This document shows positions 1-9,491 of a stretch of 64,000 nt of DNA, in pieces. Within the stretch, counting starts at the first letter, position 1, and each line of letters starts with the position of its first letter. The translations under genes were made by a program, and so were the position numbers. The notes beneath the pieces were generated by a model. That model did no database searches. It was given only the letters and a program-made list of their open reading frames with translations, and was not told the DNA's origin. Source of the DNA: an uncultured Fusicatenibacter sp. (GTDB taxonomy: Bacteria; Bacillota; Clostridia; Lachnospirales; Lachnospiraceae); contig CABUPZ010000003.1 of NCBI GenBank assembly GCA_902493585.1, positions 19,288-83,287 of the forward strand, written 5' to 3'.

Positions 1-424
1 TGATACATGCGTCCAGGCTGTCTGCTTCATACATCATTTTATCGTTCAGATAAACCACTCCGGTGTGTTTGCTGCGGCCTGCGAAATACCAGTCGCCGTA
101 AACATAAGTGGTATATGGATTGTAATTTCCGAATACGGTGTTGTCGATCCGGCATACCCATACATTTCCCTGATACGGTTTCCAGTCTTTCACTTCCTCC
201 GCTCCGGTGATCACAGCACCCAGCGGTTCCGTGCTGCGGTAAGTGATCCGGGCGTCTTCTGTTCCGGCGTTTGCCGGGTCTACATACTCACGGTACACGC
301 CGGGAGCCACCAGAACTTCGTCTCCCGGTTTTGCGGCCTGCGCTGCGTCATTGATGTGTTTGAAAGGCATTTCTTTTGTGCCGTTCCCGTCGCGGGCGGC
401 TTTTGCATCAACATAGATGATCAT
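1..424 (-). CDS. GH120-like beta-xylosidase / right-handed beta-helix protein, N-terminal part (runs off window start)
   Basis: Own translation of minus strand: MIIYVDAKAARDGNGTKEMPFKHINDAAQAAKPGDEVLVAPGVYREYVDP...YNPYTTYVYGDWYF...HTGVVYLNDK, typical of the GH120 N-terminus. AAGGAGG lies 8 nt before the ATG at 424. Not in the ORF track because it has no stop in the window. Confidence 0.8.
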   Translation of the reverse strand, partial: MIIYVDAKAARDGNGTKEMPFKHINDAAQAAKPGDEVLVAPGVYREYVDPANAGTEDARITYRSTEPLGAVITGAEEVKDWKPYQGNVWVCRIDNTVFGNYNPYTTYVYGDWYFAGRSKHTGVVYLNDKMMYEADSLDACI

Positions 425-854
425 ATGCATTTCCTCCTTGTGTCTGTTTCCGCATTTGTTGCGTAAGTTTTGAATTTATCGTACACTATTTTGAATTTAC
501 CGTCAAGATGTGCGGAATCACTGAAATTTATAGGAAAATATACTGCATTTTTCACAAAAAATGTCAGTGAATTCCTTGTGATTTTCGGATACATTTTCCT
601 GCCGCAGGGGGAATACCGGCTGCCCTATGCCTGTTTCTGTCATCGTTCCGGAAAAGTATCTGAGTTCTGACGATGGATACAGAAAAAAAGAAAAACAAAA
701 CTTTCATAGGAAATTTGTTCACATTTTTTTGCGAAAAAGAGACAGGAACCATGAAAGCCCAAAACCTTTCACACAAACGAAGAAAAAATCCTATCAAATT
801 TTTTAAGGCCGTTTGTCAGCAATTCACAAATCAGAGAAAGTTGTCGGAAAATGC

Positions 855-883
855 TGGACAAACAAAAAACCGGCGTATATAAT
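855..883 (+). promoter_or_regulatory. sigma-A type promoter of the tad operon
   Basis: TGGACA-N17-TATAAT, upstream of the AGGAGG RBS and TTG start at 922. Confidence 0.65.
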
Positions 884-921
884 GACGTCACAATCAACGA
901 AACGGCAGGAGGTGATACAGA

Positions 922-1449
922 TTGGACCTGCAGCAATGTCTTGTGTTGACGGCTGCATCGGGAGCGGTATTGATGGATTTAAAAACAGGAGAAATAGCAA
1001 ATGGCTGGATCGTGATCCTGTGGATTGCTGGCTTTCTGACCAACGGCATAGGTCATGGAATGAGGGGGATTTTATCATTTCTTATCGGGACGGTTCTTCC
1101 GATTCTGTTACTTTTCTGGTTATTTCATTTCCGAATGTTCGGAGCAGGTGATATCAAACTTTTTTCAGCGCTTGGAGGCTTTCTAGGCCCGGCAGCAATT
1201 CTGAAATGTATCTGTCTGTCATTGATCTTTGGCGCAATTCTATCTATCGGCATTTTCATTATCTGCGGAAACATTCGTCAGCGTCTTTTTAAACTCACCA
1301 CTTATATCAAACACATATTTTTATTAAAAATACGGGGAAAAACTACAGTTCCGGTTCCTTATCGTGATGGGAAGTGGGGGATGGAGTGTATTCATTTTTC
1401 GGTACCCATTCTGCTTGCAGTTTTGCTCTGGATAGGAGGCTTCTATTGA
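922..1449 (+). CDS. A24 prepilin peptidase (CpaA/TadV-like)
   Basis: Hydrophobic multi-TM protein with MDLKTGEI and FGAGDIKL aspartate motifs; first gene of tad cluster. Confidence 0.85.
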   Translation: MDLQQCLVLTAASGAVLMDLKTGEIANGWIVILWIAGFLTNGIGHGMRGILSFLIGTVLPILLLFWLFHFRMFGAGDIKLFSALGGFLGPAAILKCICLSLIFGAILSIGIFIICGNIRQRLFKLTTYIKHIFLLKIRGKTTVPVPYRDGKWGMECIHFSVPILLAVLLWIGGFY

Positions 1450-2474
1450 TTCGTGCAAAGAAAAAGAACATATTTGCAGTCTGTGACACAGAAATTGAAT
1501 ACGCTTACAACTTCATGGAATATCTGATGCAGAAGAAGAATATTCCCTTTGAGATCCAGGCGTTCACAAGTCCGGAGGTTCTGATGGATTTCGCCAGGAA
1601 CAATGAGATTGAGATTCTTCTGATTTCCGACAAGGCGATGAAAGAGGAGATCCGGAATCTGCCGGTCCGCCAGATTATCATTCTGTCGGAAGGAGTGCAC
1701 AGCCCCGGACTGGACCAGTACCCGACGGTATATAAGTATCAGTCTTCTGACAAGGTAATCCGCGAGGTGATGGCGTGTTATGGGGTGGAACATGAAGTTT
1801 CGATGGCACAGAACGGTGTGATCAAAAAGGAAATGCGTGTGATCGGAATCTATTCACCGATCGGAAGGACGCAGAAGACTTCCTTCGCACTGGCTCTCGG
1901 ACAGATTCTCGGGAGAGATCACGCAGCGCTGTATCTGAACCTGGAGAGCTATTCCGGTTTTGAACAGCTGATGGAAACACATTTCGAACAGGGACTCAGT
2001 GATGTCCTGTATTATGCCAGGCAGGAAAATACTGGCATTGTCTATAAAATCGCCAGTATGGTACAAACCATACAAAATCTTGACTTCCTGCCGCCGGCTC
2101 TTTTCCCAATGGATATTCAGACAACCAAATATGAGGAATGGATCTGGCTGTTCCGCCAGCTGGAACAGAACAGCAATTATGAAGTACTGATCCTGGATCT
2201 TGGTGACGGCGTTGTCGATCTGTATCAGATCCTGGATTACTGTACGGAAATTTATGTTCCGATCCGCCAGGATATTATCTCGGCGGCGAAACTGGAACAG
2301 TTTGAAAGCGCCCTTCAGATGTGGGATTCCGTCTCTGTGCTGGAAAAGATCAGGAAGATACGGATACCGTTCTATGCCGCCGGAAAAAGCGGAAAGGCAT
2401 GGGTGGAGGAACTGGCATGGAGTGAACTGGGAGATTATGTCAGGAAGCTGCTGCGCGGAGAGGACAGTGGATGA
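1446..2474 (+). CDS. TadZ/CpaE-like pilus assembly protein (receiver-like N-terminus + degenerate MinD/ParA-type ATPase)
   Basis: Probable TTG start at 1446 after AGGAGG, overlapping the upstream stop; VIGIYSPIGRTQKTSFALAL deviant Walker A, LYLNLE, LILDLG. Confidence 0.7.
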   Translation: MIRAKKKNIFAVCDTEIEYAYNFMEYLMQKKNIPFEIQAFTSPEVLMDFARNNEIEILLISDKAMKEEIRNLPVRQIIILSEGVHSPGLDQYPTVYKYQSSDKVIREVMACYGVEHEVSMAQNGVIKKEMRVIGIYSPIGRTQKTSFALALGQILGRDHAALYLNLESYSGFEQLMETHFEQGLSDVLYYARQENTGIVYKIASMVQTIQNLDFLPPALFPMDIQTTKYEEWIWLFRQLEQNSNYEVLILDLGDGVVDLYQILDYCTEIYVPIRQDIISAAKLEQFESALQMWDSVSVLEKIRKIRIPFYAAGKSGKAWVEELAWSELGDYVRKLLRGEDSG

Positions 2475-3649
2475 GGGAAGCCGAACTGCTGAGGCCTCTG
2501 CTTCTGGAAGAAATCGACATTGCCAGCGAACCGGAGGATGAGAAGATCCTGGAACTGATCGACCGGCTGATCCTGGAGCAGGAAGTTACCCGAAAGCTTC
2601 CGGTGAGCCGGAAGACGGAAGTGCGGCAGGAACTGTTTTATTCTGTGCGCAGGCTGGATGTTCTGCAGGAACTTCTGGATGATCCGGAAGTGACCGAGAT
2701 CATGGTGAATGGATATGACTCGATCTTTGTGGAAAAACAGGGAAAGATCTTTCCGTTCCGAAAACGGTTCACTTCCCGGGAAAAGCTGGAGGACATTATC
2801 CAGCAGATTGCAGGGCGCTGCAACCGGGTAGTCAATGAGCAGAATCCCATCGTGGACGCGCGGCTGGAAAATGGTGACCGGGTGAATGTAGTGCTGCGTC
2901 CCATTGCCCTGAACGGACCGATCCTGACCATACGCCGTTTTCCGGAACATCCCATCACGATGGCGCAGATGGTCCGGCAGGACTGTATTTCAAAGGATGC
3001 GGCAGACTTTCTGAAAGACCTGGTGTGTGCCAGATATTCGATCCTGGTTGGCGGAGGGACTTCCACAGGCAAGACCACATTTCTGAATGCTCTGAGCGGC
3101 TTTATTCCGGCGGACGAAAGGATCATCACCATTGAGGATAATGCGGAGCTGCAGATTCAGGGGATTCAGAATCTTGTGCGGCTGGAGGCGAGAAGTATGC
3201 ATCTTGAAGGACAGCAGGATATCACGATCCGTGAACTGATCCGGACATCTCTCCGGATGCGGCCCTCCCGGATCATCATCGGGGAGGTCAGAGGTGCGGA
3301 AGCCTGGGATTTTTTACAGGCGCTGAATACCGGGCACAGCGGGTCGCTGGGTACCGCCCATGCCAACAGCAGCAGAGATATGCTCGGGCGGCTGGAAGCC
3401 ATGGCGCTGATGGGAATTGAGATTCCGCTGGAGGCGATCCGGCGCCAGATCGTTTCGGGGATTGAGGTTCTGGTGCATCTGGAACGGGATCCGGACGGAA
3501 GAAGGCACGTGGAGGAAATTTCGGAGGTTGACGGTATGGAGGAAGGAACGATCCGGATCAACCCATTGTTTCAATGGGATCGCAGGAAAGGACTGATCGT
3601 ATGCGGAGAATTAAAAAACAGAAAAAAGCTGGAAAGATTCCGGAGCTGA
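2471..3649 (+). CDS. cpaF: Tad pilus assembly ATPase TadA/CpaF
   Basis: EIMVNG, GGTSTGKTT, ITIEDNAEL, LRMRPSRIIIGEVRGAEA, NTGHSGSLGTAHANS motifs. Confidence 0.93.
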   Translation: MREAELLRPLLLEEIDIASEPEDEKILELIDRLILEQEVTRKLPVSRKTEVRQELFYSVRRLDVLQELLDDPEVTEIMVNGYDSIFVEKQGKIFPFRKRFTSREKLEDIIQQIAGRCNRVVNEQNPIVDARLENGDRVNVVLRPIALNGPILTIRRFPEHPITMAQMVRQDCISKDAADFLKDLVCARYSILVGGGTSTGKTTFLNALSGFIPADERIITIEDNAELQIQGIQNLVRLEARSMHLEGQQDITIRELIRTSLRMRPSRIIIGEVRGAEAWDFLQALNTGHSGSLGTAHANSSRDMLGRLEAMALMGIEIPLEAIRRQIVSGIEVLVHLERDPDGRRHVEEISEVDGMEEGTIRINPLFQWDRRKGLIVCGELKNRKKLERFRS

Positions 3650-3651
3650 AA

Positions 3652-4389
3652 GTGGATTATAACAGCTATGATCCGGGGAAAAAAGAGAAGATTCTGTGGA
3701 CGCTGGAGAGTCTGGGAATCATCGCAGGAATGGATTTCCTGTTTTACCGGTCGGCGGCGGCCATGCTTCTCTGGATTCCGTTTATGCCTTTCTGGTTCCG
3801 GTGGAAGAAGAAACAGGCGATGGAGAAGCGGAGAAAGGATCTGTACGAGCATTTCCGGGATCTGACAGCCGCCATGCAGTTTGCGGTGTGCGCAGGATAT
3901 TCTCTGGAAAACGCAGTGAGGGAAGCGTATCAGGATCTGAGACAGTCCTACGGGGAAAAGGACATACTGGTGCGGGAGCTGAAGTTTATGTGCAATCAGA
4001 CGGCGCTGAGTATTCCGGTGGAACAGTTGTTTATGGATCTGGCAGGGAGGAGCGGAGTCGCGGATATCCGGATGTTTGCCAACGTGCTTGCGATCTCCAA
4101 GCGCACCGGCGGAACTATGGAGGCTGTGATGAAAAATACCTGGAGGATCATCAGCGGGAAGATCGATACGGAACGGGAGATTGCCAGCAGCATTGCCGCC
4201 AGAAAGTATGAACAGACGATCATGAGCGTGATCCCGCTGGCGATTATCCTGTATATTCAGGTTTCCTTTCCGGAGTTTATGGATGTGTTGTATGGAAACC
4301 TTTTCGGGGCGCTGGTCATGACGGTATGCCTGGGAGTCTATCTTGCCGCCTGGACAATCGGCCAGAGGATTATGAGAATCGAGGTATAG
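3652..4389 (+). CDS. TadB-like inner-membrane platform protein (T2SS F domain)
   Basis: Follows cpaF; AGYSLENA, SKRTGG motifs and terminal TM helices; start uncertain (GTG 3652 chosen, ORF is open from 3574). Confidence 0.8.
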   Translation: MDYNSYDPGKKEKILWTLESLGIIAGMDFLFYRSAAAMLLWIPFMPFWFRWKKKQAMEKRRKDLYEHFRDLTAAMQFAVCAGYSLENAVREAYQDLRQSYGEKDILVRELKFMCNQTALSIPVEQLFMDLAGRSGVADIRMFANVLAISKRTGGTMEAVMKNTWRIISGKIDTEREIASSIAARKYEQTIMSVIPLAIILYIQVSFPEFMDVLYGNLFGALVMTVCLGVYLAAWTIGQRIMRIEV

Positions 4390-4391
4390 CA

Positions 4392-5675
4392 ATGGCAGGA
4401 GTACATCTGATCATAGGGGCGGGGCTGCTTCTCTGGTATTTCTGGAGAAAGAAAAATAAAAAGCTGAACGTTCTGGAAAAACGCATCTTTTTATTTGCAG
4501 CAATTGGGAACATAGCAGGGCTGGCGCTGACTGTGGCCGCGTATAGCAATGCAGGTCTTGGGACAGAGCCTGCAGTCGAGCGGGGCAGTTATGGGACGTC
4601 AGCCAGAGAGGAACAGCTGGAAGTGTCACAGGAAAATGGAGAGAATCAGAAGATTACGGTTCTGGTTCCCGCCAGACAGTATGAGGAAGAGGAGACGGAG
4701 GAATGGCTGGAGCATGCGGAGAAGGTATTGGATACAGTCATACTTGGTGAAAACACGTCGCTTCTCCATGTGGACCAGGATCTGAACCTGGTCACACAGA
4801 TACCGGACAGCCCGGTCGCTGTCTCCTGGGATACGAATGAGCCGTTGCTGGTGGGCTATGAGGGAAAATTATCAGACAGGATTCCGCCGGAAGGCGCGCA
4901 GGTGAGGCTGAAAGCAACGCTCAGCCTTCAGGAACAGACAAGGGAATGTGTCCGCAATCTCGTGGTATATCCGAAACAGGAGGCAGAGACGCTGGAACAG
5001 CTGATACAGGAAGCGGCGCAGGCACAGAATACCGATGCTTCCGAAGCCGTGTACTATCTGCCGCAGGAGATCGATGGGCAGAAACTTACCTGGAGAAAGG
5101 TTCCGGACAGGACCGGAAATCTGATTGCCGTATTTGGGCTTCTGACAGCCGTTTTGTACGGAGGGGTTCAGCAGGAAAAGAAAGAAGAATCCAGACGCAG
5201 CAGGGAGGAAGAGCTGCAGATGGATTATCCGGAAATCGTCAGCGCGCTGGTACTGCTGCTGGGAGCGGGACTGAACATGCGAAAGGCGGTGGAACGGCTG
5301 GCGCTGGATTATCAGAACCGGCAAAGGAGCGGTTCAGCGAAGCCAAGAGCCGCATATGAAGAACTTCTGTATACCTGGCAGGAGATGGAAAGCGGTGTCT
5401 CGGAATTGAATGCCTATGAACATCTGGGAACGAGATGCCAGGGAACTTCCTACCGGGCGTTGGCAACACTGCTGACACAGAATCTGAAAAAAGGCAGTAA
5501 AGGGCTGCTGGAATTACTGGAACAGGAATCCTCGGAGGCATTCGAGGAGCGCAGGCGCAGGGCAAGGGCAGAAGGGGAAAAGGCCGGAACCAGGCTTTTG
5601 CTTCCCATGATGATGATGCTTGGCATTGTGTTTCTCCTGATCCTGATCCCGGCATTTATGTCCTTTTATGCATAA
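4392..5675 (+). CDS. TadC-like membrane platform protein with extended extracytoplasmic N-terminal domain
   Basis: DYPEIVSALVLLLGAGLN, QNLKKGS, GEKAGTRLLLPM C-terminal T2SS-F pattern. Confidence 0.8.
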   Translation: MAGVHLIIGAGLLLWYFWRKKNKKLNVLEKRIFLFAAIGNIAGLALTVAAYSNAGLGTEPAVERGSYGTSAREEQLEVSQENGENQKITVLVPARQYEEEETEEWLEHAEKVLDTVILGENTSLLHVDQDLNLVTQIPDSPVAVSWDTNEPLLVGYEGKLSDRIPPEGAQVRLKATLSLQEQTRECVRNLVVYPKQEAETLEQLIQEAAQAQNTDASEAVYYLPQEIDGQKLTWRKVPDRTGNLIAVFGLLTAVLYGGVQQEKKEESRRSREEELQMDYPEIVSALVLLLGAGLNMRKAVERLALDYQNRQRSGSAKPRAAYEELLYTWQEMESGVSELNAYEHLGTRCQGTSYRALATLLTQNLKKGSKGLLELLEQESSEAFEERRRRARAEGEKAGTRLLLPMMMMLGIVFLLILIPAFMSFYA

Positions 5676-5735
5676 AAGAAAGCTTCCGCCTGCGGGATCC
5701 CGCAAACAGCGGAAGGATGGAAAGGAGGTGAGACC

Positions 5736-5903
5736 ATGTGGAGAATGCTGGAGTTCTGGCAGGAGGAAGACGCGGTCGGCGTCGTGGAAATCATACTGAT
5801 CCTGGTCGTACTTATCGGTCTTGTTATTATTTTCAAACAGCAGCTGGTAAGCCTTGTCAACGACATTCTGGATAAGATCACAAGTCAAAGCAATTCCATC
5901 TGA
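5736..5903 (+). CDS. flp: Flp1-family major pilin (55 aa; not in ORF track)
   Basis: MWRMLEFWQEEDAVGVVEIILILVVLIGLVIIFKQQLVSLVNDILDKITSQSNSI; strong AAAGGAGGTG RBS; short leader, E at +5, hydrophobic helix. Confidence 0.9.
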   Translation: MWRMLEFWQEEDAVGVVEIILILVVLIGLVIIFKQQLVSLVNDILDKITSQSNSI

Positions 5904-5999
5904 CCTGAGAAACGGATTCCTCACAAAAAGAAAAGAAATTTCTGATAAAAGGCCGGTTTACGGCAAAGAAAGTAAAATGTAAGAAAGGAGCTGTATACC

Positions 6000-7505
6000 A
6001 TGAGAACAAACGGCAGTATCACGGTCTATATGAGTCTTGTGTTCAGCGTCATCCTGACGCTGATCGCCGGGAGTCTGCAGTCGGTCCGGATGGCATATGC
6101 ACGTGTCCTGACGGCGAGTGCGGCGGAACAGGGGCTGTATTCTGTATTTTCCCGTTTTGATCGTAAGCTTCTGGAAGAATACGAATTGTTTTTTCTGGAC
6201 GGCGGATGCGGAACGGGAGAATGGCAGCCCGGAAATCTGTATCAGACGGCAGAGGATACCGCTTCCTGGATTCTGGGAGAAGGGAATCAGATATTGGATG
6301 GTTTTTCTTCCGGGCTGAAGCTGGAAAATGGAAGTATCACGTCATACACCCTTGCAACGGATAATGACGGGGAAGCTTTTTTTCGCCAGGTATGTGAAGC
6401 GATGAGACAGAATCTGGGGACTTATGGTATACAGCAGCTTTCGGAAAAACTGAAAAACAGAGAGAATGCATGGGATGCCCAGGAAGAACAGAACCGGATC
6501 GGAGATTCCGGGCAGACCGTGGAAGATTACGAACAGGCAGTCAAAGAGGCGGAGGAAGCACAGAGGGAACAGCAGGAAAGTGGAAATGAAAGTGAAGATG
6601 GAAATGAAGGTGAACAGGAAGAGCAGGGAGCTTCAGAGGTTACGCAGGGGTTTGTAAATCCCATTGAAGTCATCCGGAGGATTCAGGATATGGGGAGTTT
6701 AAGTCTGGTACTTCCTTCCGGACAGTCTCTGCCCAATCAGGAAGCGGATCTTTCACAATTTGCCTCGCACAGAAGTCTTCAGGAAGGACTTCCGGTCATT
6801 CACAGGGAAAGAGAAGTGGAATTTGTGGATAAGATGCTGCAAAATGAGTACCTGCTGTGGAAATTTCCCTGCTATACCGATAAAGAAGAGACAGGAGGAC
6901 TGCAGTGTCAGGTGGAGTATGCCATCGCAGGAAAAGAAAGCGATATGGAAAATCTGAAAAGCGTTGCCGGACAGCTTCTGGCGGCGAGAGAGGCAGCCAA
7001 TGCGGTGCATATTCTGGCAAGCGCGGAGAAACGTGCGCAGGTGAACGCGCTGGCGATGACCATAGCCTCTGCTCTGGCGCTTCCCGTTGCATCGGGGATC
7101 ATATCTGCGGCTTTGATCGGATGCTGGGCATTTGCGGAAAGCGTCCTGGATGTAAGGGAACTTCTGGATGGAGGAAAGGTTGCCCTGGTGAAAACGGACG
7201 GATCCTGGCAGCTGTCCCTTGAAAATCTTCCCAATCTGCTGGATGGGCTGGACTCTCTGAGAAAAAGCAGCGAGCAGGGGCTTTCTTATGAAGAATACCT
7301 TCGGCTCCTTCTGATCAAAGAGGATTCCGGCGGGATCAACAGCAGGACCATGGACCTGGTGGAGCACAATATGCGAACCCGGCTGGGAGTTCCGGAGTTT
7401 CGGATCGACCAGTGCATCTCTTCACTGGGACTGGAAATGAACCTGAGATACGGAACGGAAACACTAAGGATAGAACGCGAATATGCTTATGGAACGGAGG
7501 TGTAA
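6000..7505 (+). CDS. TadG-like large minor pilin (DUF5702-type)
   Basis: N-terminal G/SITVY prepilin-like site plus TM helix; EYLL/QVEYAIAGKESDMENL and WAFAES motifs; tad context. Confidence 0.7.
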   Translation: MRTNGSITVYMSLVFSVILTLIAGSLQSVRMAYARVLTASAAEQGLYSVFSRFDRKLLEEYELFFLDGGCGTGEWQPGNLYQTAEDTASWILGEGNQILDGFSSGLKLENGSITSYTLATDNDGEAFFRQVCEAMRQNLGTYGIQQLSEKLKNRENAWDAQEEQNRIGDSGQTVEDYEQAVKEAEEAQREQQESGNESEDGNEGEQEEQGASEVTQGFVNPIEVIRRIQDMGSLSLVLPSGQSLPNQEADLSQFASHRSLQEGLPVIHREREVEFVDKMLQNEYLLWKFPCYTDKEETGGLQCQVEYAIAGKESDMENLKSVAGQLLAAREAANAVHILASAEKRAQVNALAMTIASALALPVASGIISAALIGCWAFAESVLDVRELLDGGKVALVKTDGSWQLSLENLPNLLDGLDSLRKSSEQGLSYEEYLRLLLIKEDSGGINSRTMDLVEHNMRTRLGVPEFRIDQCISSLGLEMNLRYGTETLRIEREYAYGTEV

Positions 7506-7509
7506 AGGG

Positions 7510-8421
7510 GTGCCCTCTTATCGGAAAACAGAGAATCGATGTTATCATTCATTCAAACAATATCAAACGTCCACTCTTCTGAGACATAAATCGCTGTTAC
7601 AGCCATGGCAAGAATCTCCGAAACTGTCTTACGGTAAGAGGGTAACCTTTTGCATCTTGCGGAAAGGAAGCCTGACGGTAGAGGCAGCGCTGGTTCTCCC
7701 TTTCTTTTTCTTCGCGGTTTTGACCCTGCTGAACCTGATGGAAGTATGCAGGCTTCAGGGGATGGTGAATATGTCCCTGCAGGAAAGCGCGGAAACACTT
7801 GGCACCTATGGGTATGTGCTTCCGGGAGAAGAGGAAAGCGCAGAGATGGTGCTGGGAACGGGTGCCTGCATGATGTATGCGCAGAGCCAGCTGCCCGAAG
7901 AAGTCAGAGAACATGGAAGTATCTCCCTCCTGAGAAGCAGGTACGAAGATCATACGGTGAAGCTTCAGGCGGAATATAAGATGAAAATAGGTTATCTGTT
8001 TTTCCTCCCGGAGGTGAAAGTAACCTGTCGGGCGAGTGTGCGGGCGTGGGAAGGAGATACGGACCAGGAGAGGCAGGCGGGGAATTATGAGGAGATGGTC
8101 TTTGTCACGGAACATGGACAAGTCTATCATACCTCATCTGCCTGCCGGCATCTAAGTGTAAAAATCTCTGCCGGAAGCAGGGGAAAAATCAGCAGTATGA
8201 GAAATGAGAGCGGTGAAAGGTATCATGCCTGTGAAAAATGTGTAGGCAGCGGAGCGGTGAATGATCTGCTGTATGTTACCTCCAGCGGAAACCGGTATCA
8301 CAATTCACCGGAATGCAGCGGACTGAAACGGAGTGTCCGGCTGGTCAAGCATTCGGAAGTTGCCGGATATCCGGTGTGCAGTACCTGTCAGGCGATGGAA
8401 AAGAAAGGAGCAGGGGAATGA
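7510..8421 (+). CDS. TadE-like minor pilin with C-terminal Cys/His (putative Zn-binding) repeats
   Basis: KGSLTVEAALVLP pilin motif; C-terminus YHTSSAC..YHACEKC..YHNSPEC..CSTC; start uncertain (GTG 7510 or ATG 7483). Confidence 0.75.
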   Translation: MPSYRKTENRCYHSFKQYQTSTLLRHKSLLQPWQESPKLSYGKRVTFCILRKGSLTVEAALVLPFFFFAVLTLLNLMEVCRLQGMVNMSLQESAETLGTYGYVLPGEEESAEMVLGTGACMMYAQSQLPEEVREHGSISLLRSRYEDHTVKLQAEYKMKIGYLFFLPEVKVTCRASVRAWEGDTDQERQAGNYEEMVFVTEHGQVYHTSSACRHLSVKISAGSRGKISSMRNESGERYHACEKCVGSGAVNDLLYVTSSGNRYHNSPECSGLKRSVRLVKHSEVAGYPVCSTCQAMEKKGAGE

Positions 8422-8843
8422 CAATTACGATAGGATTAGGCGCCGCCTTGGGAATCCTTGGGGTTCATTCGATCATGGACATCCGCAGAAAAAAGATCAA
8501 TGTGATTCTGGCGGGCGCCTGTCTGGCAGCCGGGGTGGCGTGGCAGCTTTTCGGACAGAAAACAGAGGCAGCGGAAATTTTGCTGTCATGCCTTCCGGGA
8601 AGTACACTTCTCGGAGCGGCATGTCTTACGGAACAGAAGATTGGGTATGGCGATGGATGGGTCGTGATGGCCGCAGGGGTATGGACCGGAATGTGGGATA
8701 TGGTTCTGATCCTGACCGGAGGAATGCTGGCATGTGCAGGCTGCAGCGCAGTTCTTCTGATCCTGAAAAAAGTCCGGAAAGGGGACGCGCTTCCGTTTAT
8801 TCCTTTTCTCCTGCTGGGATGTATCGGGAGGATGATTGTTTGA
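8418..8843 (+). CDS. second A24 prepilin peptidase
   Basis: ATG overlaps upstream TGA; MDIRRKKI, IGYGDG, LPFIPFL motifs. Confidence 0.8.
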   Translation: MTITIGLGAALGILGVHSIMDIRRKKINVILAGACLAAGVAWQLFGQKTEAAEILLSCLPGSTLLGAACLTEQKIGYGDGWVVMAAGVWTGMWDMVLILTGGMLACAGCSAVLLILKKVRKGDALPFIPFLLLGCIGRMIV

Positions 8844-9436
8844 GAAGGAGCACAGTCCAAAACAGAGAGAAAGTGAACGACAAAAACAGAGTCAGAAAGA
8901 AAGAGCAAGAAAGATCTAGAGACAGATACAGAGAAAAAGTTCACAAAGACAAAGCGGAAAACAGAATCAAAGATAAAAACAGGGGCAAAGACGGAGTGAT
9001 ATGCCGGAATGAGAAACAATGGCAGGAGGCGGCAAGTATCACCGTGGAGGCTGCTCTTGTAGTTCCGCTGGCATTGATCGTCATTTTTCTTCTGATCTCG
9101 CTGGATTTTTACGTTCACGATAAAGCTTATTATACACTCTGTGCCTTTGAAACGGTGATGACCGGGAACAGCTATGGCAGGATGGATCAGGAAAGCGGCG
9201 AAAGATATGCAAAGGAAAAACTCAGCAGCCTCCGGAAGGCGCACCGAATGCCGACGGAAGTGCCGCAGGGACAGGTAAAGGTAACGGATCAACATACAGA
9301 GGCTGTGTTTGAGGGCAGCGTCTGTCAGTTGTGGGGCCATGGAATCTGGAAGTATCACGCCAGTGCGGAAGCAAAAAACATAAGGCCGGAAGAACGGATC
9401 CGAAGGATCCGTATGGTGGAGAATATCATATCCTGA
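8840..9436 (+). CDS. TadE-like minor pilin with long charged N-terminal leader
   Basis: AASITVEAALVVP pilin motif plus TM; TTG 8840 overlaps upstream stop and follows GGGAGG; true start may be further downstream. Confidence 0.7.
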   Translation: MRRSTVQNREKVNDKNRVRKKEQERSRDRYREKVHKDKAENRIKDKNRGKDGVICRNEKQWQEAASITVEAALVVPLALIVIFLLISLDFYVHDKAYYTLCAFETVMTGNSYGRMDQESGERYAKEKLSSLRKAHRMPTEVPQGQVKVTDQHTEAVFEGSVCQLWGHGIWKYHASAEAKNIRPEERIRRIRMVENIIS

Positions 9437-9491
9437 CATAAGAGCCGGATGTTCCAAAGCTCTTTCGGAGGGATAGGAAAGTGAGGGAACG

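Noticed and set aside
7..882. Short ORFs listed at the window start
   Set aside because: 1-424 is occupied by the minus-strand GH120-like gene, and 425-921 is a divergent promoter region.
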